A DNA stretch of 62,202 nt from Candidatus Bipolaricaulota bacterium (GCA_018335015.1 JAGXKX010000003.1:1-62202), one strand, 5' to 3'. Positions 1 through 10,098 are shown, counted from the stretch's first letter. Numbers and translations are program-made. The notes: generated by a model from the sequence alone, not told the origin.

Positions 1-107
1 TAAATACCCTGGGAGCGAAGTCGAAGGACAGCGACATTCAGTCAAAAGTCATAGAGATGAAACTGGCTCTGGAGAAGTTCAAAGAGCAATCCCGCAATCT
101 GGCCTGA
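1..107 (+). CDS. YicC-family protein, C-terminal fragment (5' end outside window)
   Basis: Frame 3 reads NTLGAKSKDSDIQSKVIEMKLALEKFKEQSRNLA* (stop 105-107). It resembles the conserved YicC/DUF1732 C-terminus, and yicC-gmk adjacency is common. Confidence 0.55.
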   Translation, partial: NTLGAKSKDSDIQSKVIEMKLALEKFKEQSRNLA

Positions 108-195
108 TTCCCGGAAAGAATTATCACTAAAGAAGCTATAGCAGAAATAATTGAAGGACATGGTCGTGTTTTGAGGTGGAAGAGGTAGAATAAGT

Positions 196-795
196 ATGTC
201 GTTAAAAGATTCCTACGAGAGTTACAGAAAAAACGGAATTTTTTTCGTTATAACAGGACCTTCGGGTGTTGGTAAAACAACCATCATGGACCATACACTG
301 GAAAGCGACGAGAGGCTAGCTTATTCCATATCACATACAACCCGCGACAGGAGACCTGAGGAAGTCGATGGAGAGGACTATTACTTCGTCGACAGAGAAG
401 AGTTCGAAGGGTTCAGGAAAGAAGATAGGTTTCTGGAATGGGCGGAGATTTACGGCGATTATTACGGAACTTCCAGGGAAGAGATAGATCGGATCAAAAG
501 AGAAGGTCGCGATCCTTTTCTGGATATTGACGTGCAGGGAGCCGCTCAACTCAGGGCTGATCCTTCGGTGAACCCGGTATTCGTTTTCCTGGCTCCACCC
601 TCGCTTGAAGAGCTGGAAAGGAGGATCGACAACCGAGGGGCGGAAAGCCCTGAAGTGAAAGAGAAACGGATGGGGGTTGCCCGGGAAGAACTATCTCGAA
701 TTCCGGAGTTCGACTATCTCATCGTAAACGAGAAATTGAAAAGGGCTGTTGAGGAACTGGAAGCGGTAATTAAGGCAGAACGACTCAAAGTGTAA
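196..795 (+). CDS. gmk: guanylate kinase
   Basis: P-loop GPSGVGKTT, then SHTTRDRRPEEVDGEDYYFV and EWAEIYGDYYGT, all typical Gmk blocks. Confidence 0.95.
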   Translation: MSLKDSYESYRKNGIFFVITGPSGVGKTTIMDHTLESDERLAYSISHTTRDRRPEEVDGEDYYFVDREEFEGFRKEDRFLEWAEIYGDYYGTSREEIDRIKREGRDPFLDIDVQGAAQLRADPSVNPVFVFLAPPSLEELERRIDNRGAESPEVKEKRMGVAREELSRIPEFDYLIVNEKLKRAVEELEAVIKAERLKV

Positions 796-799
796 CCGG

Positions 800-1171
800 G
801 TGGTGACACGGTTGGCTGTCCGTGGTATAGGTATAGATATCGTGAAAGTCCCGAGATTAAAACAATTGGTCGATCGTTGGGACCGTAAATTTCTGGACAG
901 GGTCTTTACCGATACTGAACTGGATTACTGCTTTTCAGCCCGGAGAAAGCACGAACACCTGGCGGGTCGTTTTGCGGCCAAGGAGGCCGTGATAAAGGCC
1001 CTGGGGGAAAAGATCCCCTGGAAGTCTATAAACGTGGAGTCCGAGAGGAACGGTAGGCCGTTTGTCCTGGTTGAGAGGGATGAAGGAAAAGATAACTTGA
1101 ACGAAAATCTACATATATCTATTACCCACCTGGAGGACTACGCTCTCGCTATTGCCGTACTTGAGACCTGA
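800..1171 (+). CDS. acpS: holo-[acyl-carrier-protein] synthase
   Basis: GIGIDIVKVPR and FAAKEAVIKALG motifs; ~120 aa; GTG start (exact start uncertain: 800, 803 or 812). Confidence 0.9.
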   Translation: MVTRLAVRGIGIDIVKVPRLKQLVDRWDRKFLDRVFTDTELDYCFSARRKHEHLAGRFAAKEAVIKALGEKIPWKSINVESERNGRPFVLVERDEGKDNLNENLHISITHLEDYALAIAVLET

Positions 1172-1217
1172 TCTTTTCGATTGCCGGAGTCGAAGCCTGA
1201 GTCCCCCGCAAACGGTC

Positions 1218-1799
1218 TTAGAGGCTCCTCTCTTCTCCCCGGATAAGTCTCGCTATGTTACCTCGATGGGTAAAGTAGATGAGGCAAACGAGACCAACCG
1301 ACACCCAGAGCAAAGAGGTTTTCACGCCGAATAGAAAGAAAGCCACGGGGGTGGAGGAAATGGCCACCAGAGAACTGAGCCCGGCAACTTTCCAAATTAG
1401 TAAAATTGTGACCCAGATTACCATGAAGATAAGACCGGCGAAGGGGGAAAGATAACTTATAACTCCGAGGGAGGTGGCTACTCCTTTCCCTCCGGATAAC
1501 CGAAGAAACGGGTTCGCTACGTGGCCAAGTACCGCCAGAAAACCCAGCCCTGCCGGGAAACCCAGTTGCTGAATTAAAAAAGCAGCAACAATACCCTTTC
1601 CCAAGTCCATAATCAGAGCCGCTGCCCCGTATCCTTTTCCGCATACCCGGGAGACATTGGAGGCTCCGGGGTTGCCGGAGCCACGATGTCTTACGTCGAT
1701 GTCCAGGAATACCTTAGGGATTAGATAGCTAAAAGGGATAGCGCCAATCAAGTAGGACGCAAGAGCAGATAATGAGAGAAGGAGATAGTTACCGGTCAT
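1218..1799 (-). CDS. plsY: glycerol-3-phosphate acyltransferase PlsY
   Basis: GSGNPGASNV motif in a polytopic membrane protein of ~190 aa. Confidence 0.9.
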   Translation of the reverse strand: MTGNYLLLSLSALASYLIGAIPFSYLIPKVFLDIDVRHRGSGNPGASNVSRVCGKGYGAAALIMDLGKGIVAAFLIQQLGFPAGLGFLAVLGHVANPFLRLSGGKGVATSLGVISYLSPFAGLIFMVIWVTILLIWKVAGLSSLVAISSTPVAFFLFGVKTSLLWVSVGLVCLIYFTHRGNIARLIRGEERSL

Positions 1800-1807
1800 C
1801 CGGTATT

Positions 1808-3481
1808 TTAAAGTCCCTTGTCCTCGAGGTGTTCCCTCATCGAGATCGTTTCATGTTCGCTTTCGTCTTCGTCAGAATCGCTATCCTGGGCTTCTCCTTG
1901 CTCTTCTTCCTGAAGAATCCTTATCGAAAGGCGAACCTGCCTTTTTTCGTCGTTGATCCCAATTATTTTTGCTTCTACCTCGTCGCCTACTTCCAGTACG
2001 TCCTCAGGTGTAGAAACCTTTTCGGTAGAGATCTCGGATACGTGGATAAGACCTTCGACGTCATCAGTAATCTGGATGAACGCTCCGAAGTCCTTTATTT
2101 CGGATATTTCGCCTTTTACTTTCGAGCCCACGGAGTAGAGATCCTGGAATTCGTGCCACGGATCCTTCTGGGCCTGTTTGATGCTAAGGCTTATTCTCCG
2201 GTCCTGTTTGTTTACCTCGAGTACCTGGGTGTTAACCTTGTCACCTTCCGATAGCATGTCGCTCGGGTGGTTTACGTGATCCCAGGAGAGTTCTGAAACG
2301 TGAACTAATCCTTCCACGCCTTCCTCTAGCTGGACGAATGCCCCGAAGTCCGTGACCTTGGTTACTTTGCCACTTACCTCGGTACCCGGTTCGTAGACGT
2401 CCTCGATCTTTTCCCATGGATCCTGCTGGGATTTTCTGGCCGAGAGACTAATTCTCTGCTCTTCCTCGTCTACTTCCAGCACCTCGGCTTCTACGGTTTC
2501 ACCCACTTCTACTACTTCGTGCGGATCTTCAGGATAGCCCCAGGAGAGTTCGGAGATATGAATAAGACCTTCGACGTCCTCTTCGAGTTCTATAAAAGCA
2601 CCGAAGTCCGTAATAGAGACTACTTCGCCTTCCACGGTTTCGCCAACGGGATACCTGTCCGAGACTCCTTCCCACGGGTTCGGAGTCAGCCGTTTAATCG
2701 AAAGGGAGATCTTCTCTTCCTCTCTGTCCAGATCGATGACTTTCACGTCGACTTCGTCCCCTTCTTCGTACTCGTCGGGAGGGGCGGGCAGATCTTTCCA
2801 GCTAATTTCCGATCTATGTACCAATCCTTCAAAACCGCCTATATCGACGAACAGTCCAAAGTCAACTACGGATTTTATCTCACCGGTTATCGTCTCGCCG
2901 GCCTCTAGCTCCTCGAATATCTCGTCTATTCGTTCTTCCTGTTTTTCGTTTAGGTACTCCCTGCGAGAAATGACTATATTCCGGTTTTTGCGGGATAGCT
3001 CAAGTATTTTGAATTTTAACTCTTTCCCTTCCAATTCCGAGATTACGCTGGGCATATCAGAACCTAGATGGGACCCTGGCAGGAATGCCTGAATGCCGTC
3101 GATATTCACGTGATAACCGGCGCTTTTTACTTCCTCGGTAATAGTTCCGGTAATTGTCTCGTCGTTTTTGAACGCTTCTTCGAGCTCTCCGATTTTTCTC
3201 TCGTAGGCTGCTTGTTTCTCCGAGACGTATACCGTACCTTTCTCTTCGTCGATATAGGTTACGAGTACCTCGACCTCTTCTCCCGTGTCGATCCCCTCTT
3301 CTTCTCTAAACGGGGACAGTTCAGATTTTGGCAGGATACCCTCGGATTTATACCCGATATCCACTAAAATGTCCTTCTCTTCAACCTGGACGACACTACC
3401 TGTAATAGTATCGCCCCTGCTATACGTCCTCACATCAGTTTCGTCAAAAGCTTCTTCCATCTTAATTTTCTCTTCCATCAA
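1808..3481 (-). CDS. rpsA: 30S ribosomal protein S1
   Basis: Six tandem S1 OB-fold repeats (G..V.G.V..I.DFGAF..L..GVEGL.H.SE.S) with an acidic C-terminal tail. Classical cmk-rpsA neighbourhood. Confidence 0.95.
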   Translation of the reverse strand: MMEEKIKMEEAFDETDVRTYSRGDTITGSVVQVEEKDILVDIGYKSEGILPKSELSPFREEEGIDTGEEVEVLVTYIDEEKGTVYVSEKQAAYERKIGELEEAFKNDETITGTITEEVKSAGYHVNIDGIQAFLPGSHLGSDMPSVISELEGKELKFKILELSRKNRNIVISRREYLNEKQEERIDEIFEELEAGETITGEIKSVVDFGLFVDIGGFEGLVHRSEISWKDLPAPPDEYEEGDEVDVKVIDLDREEEKISLSIKRLTPNPWEGVSDRYPVGETVEGEVVSITDFGAFIELEEDVEGLIHISELSWGYPEDPHEVVEVGETVEAEVLEVDEEEQRISLSARKSQQDPWEKIEDVYEPGTEVSGKVTKVTDFGAFVQLEEGVEGLVHVSELSWDHVNHPSDMLSEGDKVNTQVLEVNKQDRRISLSIKQAQKDPWHEFQDLYSVGSKVKGEISEIKDFGAFIQITDDVEGLIHVSEISTEKVSTPEDVLEVGDEVEAKIIGINDEKRQVRLSIRILQEEEQGEAQDSDSDEDESEHETISMREHLEDKGL

Positions 3482-3555
3482 ACGACCACCTGTTAATTAG
3501 AATTTTGACAAGCCCTATCTTCTGGACTTGTGATTTCACCGACTTTACAAAGGTG

Positions 3556-3585
3556 ATTATATAATAACCTCTCTGTTACTTTGAA
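3556..3585 (-). promoter_or_regulatory. candidate sigma70-type promoter for rpsA
   Basis: Minus strand reads TTCAAA-18 nt-TATAAT (plus-strand tttgaa 3580-3585, attata 3556-3561), ~75 nt upstream of the rpsA start. Confidence 0.4.
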
Positions 3586-3657
3586 TCAACAGGAAATATG
3601 GTATAAAATTTGACTTCACACTGTCTAGCCCCTTGATTATCTCGCGTTTAGGGGGAC

Positions 3658-4323
3658 TCAAAGTTGGTGGATGTAATCCATCAGCTTAATGCTAAGTTCC
3701 TGGTAATCCACTTTTTTATTTGGAGACGAGTCCCGGGCGGTGGCCTCTGGTCTTTCTTTCCCGGACGAGAACCTTTTTAATTCCTCGAGATCGATAGGAG
3801 GACCGATAGTTAGCTCTGCCGGAGCAAAGAAGAAAGGAAATTCGGTGGGGCTCCTGCCGTATTCAATTTTCAGTGGTAGGAATCTTCGGTTGGTCTTTTC
3901 AGCCAGTCTTACAGTACCGCTCTTTGGAGGAGAGTTCTCGGAGGTCGTTCCCTCAGGAAATACGCATATCGGCCCTTTCTGTTTGAATGCTTTCAGCAAG
4001 TTCATTAGATCATTCTTCCCGAAATCATCCCTGTTTATCGTGGTGGAGTAAGTTCTAACCGGGAGTGAGAATATCGGGTTCTTTAATAAACCTTCCCGGG
4101 CGATAAAATGTATTTTCCGCAGGAGTCCGAAAGTTATCCCGATTAACGGGGGATCCCAGTAACTCGTGTGGGTAGAAGTAATTACCAGATCGTCCGCATT
4201 TTGGGGGATGTTTTTTTTGCCCTTGACTTTTAGCCTGAAGAACAGCTTGGAAGCGAGATAGATTATCAGGAGAAGTCCTACGTATCCAAGCCTGTGGATT
4301 AGCTTACCTATTTTTTCTCTCAC
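3658..4323 (-). CDS. plsC: 1-acyl-sn-glycerol-3-phosphate acyltransferase
   Basis: N-terminal TM helix, HxxxxD-type block (THTSYWDPP) and an FPEGT block. Confidence 0.85.
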   Translation of the reverse strand: MREKIGKLIHRLGYVGLLLIIYLASKLFFRLKVKGKKNIPQNADDLVITSTHTSYWDPPLIGITFGLLRKIHFIAREGLLKNPIFSLPVRTYSTTINRDDFGKNDLMNLLKAFKQKGPICVFPEGTTSENSPPKSGTVRLAEKTNRRFLPLKIEYGRSPTEFPFFFAPAELTIGPPIDLEELKRFSSGKERPEATARDSSPNKKVDYQELSIKLMDYIHQL

Positions 4324-4329
4324 TGGTGA

Positions 4330-4956
4330 TCACTTCTCTCGGGTTTTCCGCTTCGTGATAATTTTGGAGATCCGATCTACTACTTCCCTTTCCGATAAAG
4401 AACTTGTATCAATTATTACCGAGTCGTCAGCCGGTTTGAGCGGAGCAAGTTCTCTGGTCTGATCCCGTTTATCACGCTTCTTTATTCCCGCCTCGATTTC
4501 TCCCAGCGAGCGATCAGTATTCATCTGCTTTTTCCTCCGTCTTGCCCGCTCCTCAGCCGAAGCCGTTAAGTATATCTTGACCTCCGCGTTCGTTAAAACC
4601 GCCGTCCCGATATCCCTGCCCTCGACAAGGACGTCCCTGTCCGCGGCAGTATCTATGATTATTTCGTTTACGAGCTCCCTTATCTCTTCCTCTTTAGCTA
4701 GTTTGGAAGCTTTCTCGCCGATTTCTTCCGTCGTGAGTTCTTCCTTCAGCTTTTCCCCATCCATTAACAATTCCGGGTCCGTTTTATCCCCGGGCTCGAG
4801 CGAGAGAGAGTCCAGTTGAAGACCGTTAATTCTTCCGTAGGCCAGAGCTCTGTATAATTGACCCGACTGAATAAATAATAGCGAAAACCTCCTGGCGACC
4901 TGCCTTCCTACGCTGGTCTTTCCCACGCCAGCCGGTCCGTCTATCGTAACCTTCAT
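4330..4956 (-). CDS. cmk: cytidylate kinase
   Basis: IDGPAGVGKTS P-loop, SGQLYRALA and VEGRDIGT blocks. Confidence 0.93.
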   Translation of the reverse strand: MKVTIDGPAGVGKTSVGRQVARRFSLLFIQSGQLYRALAYGRINGLQLDSLSLEPGDKTDPELLMDGEKLKEELTTEEIGEKASKLAKEEEIRELVNEIIIDTAADRDVLVEGRDIGTAVLTNAEVKIYLTASAEERARRRKKQMNTDRSLGEIEAGIKKRDKRDQTRELAPLKPADDSVIIDTSSLSEREVVDRISKIITKRKTREK

Positions 4957-4960
4957 GGCA

Positions 4961-5851
4961 TTATTCTTCCTCCTTTACTATCTGGCCGTGGTTTGTGGGC
5001 CTGACTACGATCAATTTAGCCTCATCTGAGATAGACCACAAGTCTTCCTCTATCTCTTCTTTTATCTCTCCGGAAGAAACATCCATTCGAGATATTCCAA
5101 ATAAAGAACTACCGCTTCCGGCCACTCCCGCCGTTTGGATCGTGGAAGCGTTCTTTAGAAGGTTCAGGTAGTTTTCGAGTTTGGGATTCAGATCTATTAC
5201 CGCTCGCTGGAGATCGTTTTCGACGGTGAAATTCCCGAGTTCGAGGGGGTAATTCCGATCTTTCCCGGAACGACCTTTCTCAAAATACTCGGTAAGTTCA
5301 TCGAACCTGGAATATACCTCCGAAGTAAGCTGGGGAAAAGGTGGGATAATCAATGGAATAAAGCAATCACGAAATAGGTTCTCTTTCTTCCTCAACTCGG
5401 AACCCTTTCCCGTACCGGTGCAGTAGCCTCCGTAAAAGAAGAACGGTACGTCGGCACCGAATTCCTTCCCCAGCCGAATTAGCTCTCTTCGGGAGAGATT
5501 ACAATCCCAAAGGCGGTTAAGACAGATGAGCGTGGTGGCGGCGTTCGAACTTCCTCCCCCCAATCCGCCACCAATCGGGATCCGCTTTTCCAGGGTAACC
5601 TCCGCTCCTTTATTGTGGGAGCAGGATTCCTTGAGCTTTTTTGCGACCCTGTAGCATAAGTTTTCCTCCGGGGGTATGTCCGCCCCGGTCGAAAGGGTAA
5701 TCCTGTCCTGGTTGGATGGTTCGAAAGTCATCCGGTCCGCCAGATTTACGCTCAAGAAACTAATGTCGAGCTCGTGGTACCCGTCGTCCAACTTTCCCAG
5801 TACGTTTATCCGGGGGTTAACCTTGGCAAAAGTTTTCGCTAAAATTTTCAA
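4961..5851 (-). CDS. ispE: 4-diphosphocytidyl-2-C-methyl-D-erythritol kinase
   Basis: AKVNPRINVLGK N-terminus and the GHMP kinase motif PIGGGLGGGSSNAA. Confidence 0.92.
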   Translation of the reverse strand: MKILAKTFAKVNPRINVLGKLDDGYHELDISFLSVNLADRMTFEPSNQDRITLSTGADIPPEENLCYRVAKKLKESCSHNKGAEVTLEKRIPIGGGLGGGSSNAATTLICLNRLWDCNLSRRELIRLGKEFGADVPFFFYGGYCTGTGKGSELRKKENLFRDCFIPLIIPPFPQLTSEVYSRFDELTEYFEKGRSGKDRNYPLELGNFTVENDLQRAVIDLNPKLENYLNLLKNASTIQTAGVAGSGSSLFGISRMDVSSGEIKEEIEEDLWSISDEAKLIVVRPTNHGQIVKEEE

Positions 5852-6007
5852 TCTAAGCCCTCACTGCCAGTGTCTTTTCTCTTCTTCTTTTAAGATCAAA
5901 AGCCATTATACCCAGCAGGGGAACTGTGAACAAGAGCCCCCTATTCCAGCCCGCTGGAAGAAGCCGACTTACTTAACTATAATCTATTTAACGGGAAGGA
6001 GGACAAC

Positions 6008-6898
6008 TTGAAATCCGGTTTCGTTCACCTCTTGGGCAAATCAAATGTCGGTAAATCCACTTTCGTGAATAAAATTGTCGGGGATAAAGTTTCCATAACC
6101 TCCGACAAACCTCAGACGACGCGCAATAGAATTAATTGTATTTATAACCGGGACGATGCCCAGGTCGTTTTTCTGGATACTCCCGGTATTCACGAGCCGG
6201 AAAACTCGCTCGGAAGCTACCTGGTTGAGGAAGCGAGGAAAGGTATAAAAGGTTCCGATTTAATTCTTTACATGGTGGAGCCCTGGGAAGAAGTGCCTGA
6301 TGACGAGCGGTCTTTTCTCAAAAAAATTTCAAGCCAGCAAGAGGAAGTGTTTCTCATTGTTAACAAGGTGGATATTCATTCCCCGGAGGAAATAGCGAGG
6401 ACACTTGAAGCTTACGAAGATGAAGGAATTTTTGCAGAATACATCCCCATTTCGGCTTTGACCGGAGATGGAGTAGATATCGTCCTGGATAAAATAGTCG
6501 AGTATCTACCGGACGGAAATAGACTTTTCCCTGAAGACGTTTCCACGGATAAACCTCTAGAGTTCCTGATGTCCGAACTCGTAAGGGAAAAAGTTTACGA
6601 GTTGACTTACGCAGAACTTCCCTATTCCGTAGCAACTCGAACTAAATCTTACGAACGGAGGGACGATGAAGACCTGCTGGAAGTATATATTGATATTTTC
6701 GTGGTAAGGAGGTCCCAAAAGGGGATAATAATTGGAAAGGAAGGGCAGAAGATTAAAGAGATAGGAAAACGGGCCCGGAAGGATCTGGAAAAATTAACGG
6801 GTAGTCAGGTTTACCTTGATCTGAAAGTCAAAGTGGCAAAAAACTGGAACAGAAGGTCCGATTCCGTGGAGTCTTTGGCTGGTTTTGATACTGAATGA
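6008..6898 (+). CDS. era: GTPase Era
   Basis: G1 GKSNVGKST, G3 DTPG, G4 NKVD, C-terminal KH domain (IIIGKEGQKIKEIG). TTG start preceded by GGAAGGAGG. Confidence 0.95.
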   Translation: MKSGFVHLLGKSNVGKSTFVNKIVGDKVSITSDKPQTTRNRINCIYNRDDAQVVFLDTPGIHEPENSLGSYLVEEARKGIKGSDLILYMVEPWEEVPDDERSFLKKISSQQEEVFLIVNKVDIHSPEEIARTLEAYEDEGIFAEYIPISALTGDGVDIVLDKIVEYLPDGNRLFPEDVSTDKPLEFLMSELVREKVYELTYAELPYSVATRTKSYERRDDEDLLEVYIDIFVVRRSQKGIIIGKEGQKIKEIGKRARKDLEKLTGSQVYLDLKVKVAKNWNRRSDSVESLAGFDTE

Positions 6899-6917
6899 AC
6901 TTCCAGAGGTGGGCATT

Positions 6918-7592
6918 ATGAAAAAATCAGATTTGGCGGCGTTAATCGATCATACTACTTTAGGTCCCCAATCCACCGAGGAAGACGTGGAAAGGGTCTG
7001 TAGGGAGGCCAAGGAATACGGTTTTGCGTCGGTCTGCGTTGAACCGATCTACGTAAGTACCGCCGCAGAACTGCTGAAGGACACGGAGGTTAAGGTGGAT
7101 ACTGTGATCGGATTTCCTCACGGAACTCACAAACGGGGAGCAAAAGGCTTCGAGGCCCAGCTCGCGATAGAAGACGGTGCTGACGAACTCGATACCGTCG
7201 TCAACGTTCCCGCACTGCAAAGTGGAGATTACCAAGAAGTTTCCCGGGATATATATGCGGTTACCGAAGCCGCAGAGGCCAGCGCACGGACAGTCCTTGT
7301 AAAAGTTATCCTGGAGATGGGCCTGCTGGAGGAGGAAACCAAGCGGGCCGGTTGTGTAATAGCTCAAGCCAGTGGAGCCGACTTCGTAAAGACTTCGACG
7401 GGATTCGGACCTTCTGGCGCCACCGTCGAGGACGTAGAACTAATGAGCAGCCTGGTCTCGGACGAGGTGGGCGTGAAAGCTGCCGGGGGAATAGGTGATT
7501 TCGAAGCTGCCAGAGAAATGATAGAGGCAGGAGCAACCAGGATAGGTGCAAGCAGCGGCGTTGAGATAGTTGAAGGTGCACCGGAAGGCTGA
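6918..7592 (+). CDS. deoC: deoxyribose-phosphate aldolase
   Basis: LIDHTTL, GFASVCV, and FVKTSTGF (Schiff-base Lys). I chose ATG 6918 because GAGGTG lies 6 nt upstream; the ORF-track TTG at 6885 has no RBS. Confidence 0.9.
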   Translation: MKKSDLAALIDHTTLGPQSTEEDVERVCREAKEYGFASVCVEPIYVSTAAELLKDTEVKVDTVIGFPHGTHKRGAKGFEAQLAIEDGADELDTVVNVPALQSGDYQEVSRDIYAVTEAAEASARTVLVKVILEMGLLEEETKRAGCVIAQASGADFVKTSTGFGPSGATVEDVELMSSLVSDEVGVKAAGGIGDFEAAREMIEAGATRIGASSGVEIVEGAPEG

Positions 7593-7607
7593 ATGTAATC
7601 GATTTTA

Positions 7608-8354
7608 ATGACAATAGAGAAAGCCACTGTATTCGTCATACGGAAAGTAAATTTCAAGGATAGCGATTACGTGGTGACTCTGTTTGGAAGGGGGTCGGGA
7701 AAATTCGCCGGAATTGCAAAAGGTGCCAGAAAGCTTGAGAGCAAGTTCGGAGGCGTATTCGACCTGTTAAACATGGTTGAAGTAGTGTTTTATCAGAGTT
7801 CCGGCCTGGATTTTATAAGTGAAGCAGAATTGATAGAAAACTGGGAAGGTATGAGGAATTCCGGTGAGGCAATAGACGCCGGACTTCGCAGTGCCCGGAT
7901 GGTTAATAAACTACTGGAGGAAGGGCAGCGCGAGATTAAAGCATACGACTTGATTGAGGAAACTCTGTCATCTCTTGACGAAAGTCAGGTTCGGTCCAGG
8001 GTGGTCGAACTGTCGTTTTACCTTAAACTTTTTCGCCATCTTGGCTACCAGCCTCAGCTGATGGAGTGCAGTCGTTGTGGCAGGCCGGTTGAGGATGAGG
8101 ATCCGATTAAATTTTCCCCGGAGGCCGGTGGAGTGGTTTGTACCAAATGTTCGACGGGAAACGAGTTTCAAATATCCGCTGGCTTGAGGAAAGTCTTCGT
8201 CAAGCTGATCCGCACTCCTCAGAGCAAGGTAAAGCGGCTAAAAGTTACGGAAAACCAGTTACAAGAGGGCTTTACACTTCTGGATAGGTTCGGTCAATTC
8301 CATTTCGGACAAAAATTGATCCTCCGGGCGGGCTCGAGCCCAGAACCGTTATAG
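7608..8354 (+). CDS. recO: DNA repair protein RecO
   Basis: N-terminal OB-fold (KVNFKDSDYVVTLF) and a CxxC...CxxC zinc finger (CSRCGR...CTKC). era-recO neighbourhood is conserved. Confidence 0.88.
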   Translation: MTIEKATVFVIRKVNFKDSDYVVTLFGRGSGKFAGIAKGARKLESKFGGVFDLLNMVEVVFYQSSGLDFISEAELIENWEGMRNSGEAIDAGLRSARMVNKLLEEGQREIKAYDLIEETLSSLDESQVRSRVVELSFYLKLFRHLGYQPQLMECSRCGRPVEDEDPIKFSPEAGGVVCTKCSTGNEFQISAGLRKVFVKLIRTPQSKVKRLKVTENQLQEGFTLLDRFGQFHFGQKLILRAGSSPEPL

Positions 8355-8452
8355 CTGTTATCCGGCAGGATTGACTAGGGATTAGTTGCTGGCTTTTTGA
8401 ATTAGCAAAACCGATAAGTTACTATAATTTTTAACGTAGGTGATATGATACA

Positions 8453-8986
8453 ATGAAAGTTAGAATAGAAGAAAGGCATATGGAGCAAAGTGAACCGTTA
8501 AGGGAATACGCCGTATCTAAAGCAGAAAGCCTACAGAAATTTTTTGACGGAATAATAAGTGTGGAAGTTACGATGGACGTGGAGAAGGAGAGACGGATGG
8601 TTACGGTGTTCGCTCACTTAATAAATAAAAAGGTAGCGAAGGCGTCTGCGGAGTCCGACGATATGTACGTCTCGATAGATAGCGCAATGGATAAGCTAGA
8701 ACGTCAGCTAAAGAAAACCAAGGAAAAACTGAAGGATAAACATAAAGGGGAGATAGATGATGATGGGAAGGTAGGTCCCGACTACTTTTCCTCGGATGAG
8801 AGTCAAAGGGAAATAGTGAAGACCGATATCTATTTTAAAAAGCCAATGACGCCGGACGAGGCGTCAATGCAGCTGGATTCTTATCAGCAAGACTTTCTCG
8901 TTTTTGTGAATTCAAATAACGATCAGGTTAACATAATCTATCAACGGGACGATGGCAAATACGGGTTAATCGATCCTCAAATTTAG
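8453..8986 (+). CDS. hpf: ribosome hibernation promoting factor, long form
   Basis: N-terminal RaiA/HPF fold (REYAVSKAESLQKFFD) plus the C-terminal dimerisation domain (FLVFVNSNNDQVNIIYQRDDGKYGLI). Confidence 0.9.
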   Translation: MKVRIEERHMEQSEPLREYAVSKAESLQKFFDGIISVEVTMDVEKERRMVTVFAHLINKKVAKASAESDDMYVSIDSAMDKLERQLKKTKEKLKDKHKGEIDDDGKVGPDYFSSDESQREIVKTDIYFKKPMTPDEASMQLDSYQQDFLVFVNSNNDQVNIIYQRDDGKYGLIDPQI

Positions 8987-9037
8987 CTAGGTTCAGGTCC
9001 GGGGTTAATCTAATCTATATTAGCGGGGAGCTGTCTA

Positions 9038-10048
9038 ATGCGGAAGGCTGTTTCTCTGTTCTCAGGTAGCCTTTCGAGTTCTCTTTCGACGGAGATATCG
9101 GTAAACCATTGTGAAATAGACAGGGTAATTCTTCTGACCTTACGTTCGCCGTTTTTCGACCACTACGAAGAAATTAAAGATATTGCAAATAATTTGTGGC
9201 CCGAGTGTAAATTCAGGAGCAAGTCGATAAAACGCCGGACGGAAAGTATAGCAACTTCCGGGAGAGGAGAATTACCGGAGGCCGATTCCTTCTGCATGAG
9301 ATGTCGATTAAACCTGTTGAAAACCGGGGGGGAATTCCTCGATCGGGTCGAAGGTGATTTCTTAGTTTCCGGGGAAGCGGCAAATTTAAAAGGCCAATAC
9401 TGGACCGAAAAGCTACAAAAAATAGAAAGAGGGGCGGGAGTTGAGGGACTGGTTTTTCGTCCGCTATCCCCGAATATGAATGATTCGCTTCCCGAGAGGA
9501 AAGGCTGGACTCCTTCCGATAGCGATATGGACCTCAGAAAGGAGTATTCCTTACAGTCCCTTGCCGAAAAGCTCGACCTGGATACGGATAACGAGTACTT
9601 CGGATCGAACACGAGGTGCAAATTAACAAGTCCAAAATACCGGAAGAGATTGAATGACCTGGTTAAGGAAGAGGGTTTTAATGTGAACGATCTCAGGTTG
9701 CTGGACTTCGGAGATTATTACAAAATTCCTCCGGACACCAAGATGGTGTTAGCAGCGAACCCGGAAGAAAAAAGGGAACTGCACAATTATTTTCTTCCCC
9801 GGGACCTCCGGTTTTACCTACCTACCGAAAAAGGTCCCATGGGATTAGTACGATCCGGCTGGGACGGAAAATCCGACGAAGCACTCGAGGAGGTAGTTGA
9901 TTTGGCCGCCAGGATTACAGTCGCGAAAAGTGAAGTGGACGGCCAGATGAAAGTGCCTGTTAATTACAGGTTTGAACACGATAACGAAACTTATAGCCTG
10001 GAAGTATCTCCTCTGGAAAGTCGGAAATTAACCGAGCTATCGTTATAG
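9038..10048 (+). CDS. hypothetical protein, PP-loop ATP-pyrophosphatase-like with degenerate motif
   Basis: The N-terminus KAVSLFSGSLSSSLS sits where ThiI-like stand-alone PP-loop proteins carry LFSGGLDS. CMRC, SGEAANLKGQ and VFRPLS blocks follow in the expected order. Confidence 0.35.
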   Translation: MRKAVSLFSGSLSSSLSTEISVNHCEIDRVILLTLRSPFFDHYEEIKDIANNLWPECKFRSKSIKRRTESIATSGRGELPEADSFCMRCRLNLLKTGGEFLDRVEGDFLVSGEAANLKGQYWTEKLQKIERGAGVEGLVFRPLSPNMNDSLPERKGWTPSDSDMDLRKEYSLQSLAEKLDLDTDNEYFGSNTRCKLTSPKYRKRLNDLVKEEGFNVNDLRLLDFGDYYKIPPDTKMVLAANPEEKRELHNYFLPRDLRFYLPTEKGPMGLVRSGWDGKSDEALEEVVDLAARITVAKSEVDGQMKVPVNYRFEHDNETYSLEVSPLESRKLTELSL

Positions 10049-10098
10049 AATCTTCGTGAATTTCTAATTCAAAAAAACCTAAAAACAACTCAAACACC

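Noticed and set aside
1152-1334. 60-aa plus-strand ORF after acpS.
   Set aside because: It overlaps the 3' end of plsY on the opposite strand and has no motif. It is likely spurious.
1772-3500. Plus-strand ORFs (1772-2254, 2519-2908, 2736-3092, 3068-3367, 3285-3500) opposite rpsA.
   Set aside because: They are antisense shadows of the acidic, repeat-rich S1 gene, with no motifs and no RBS.
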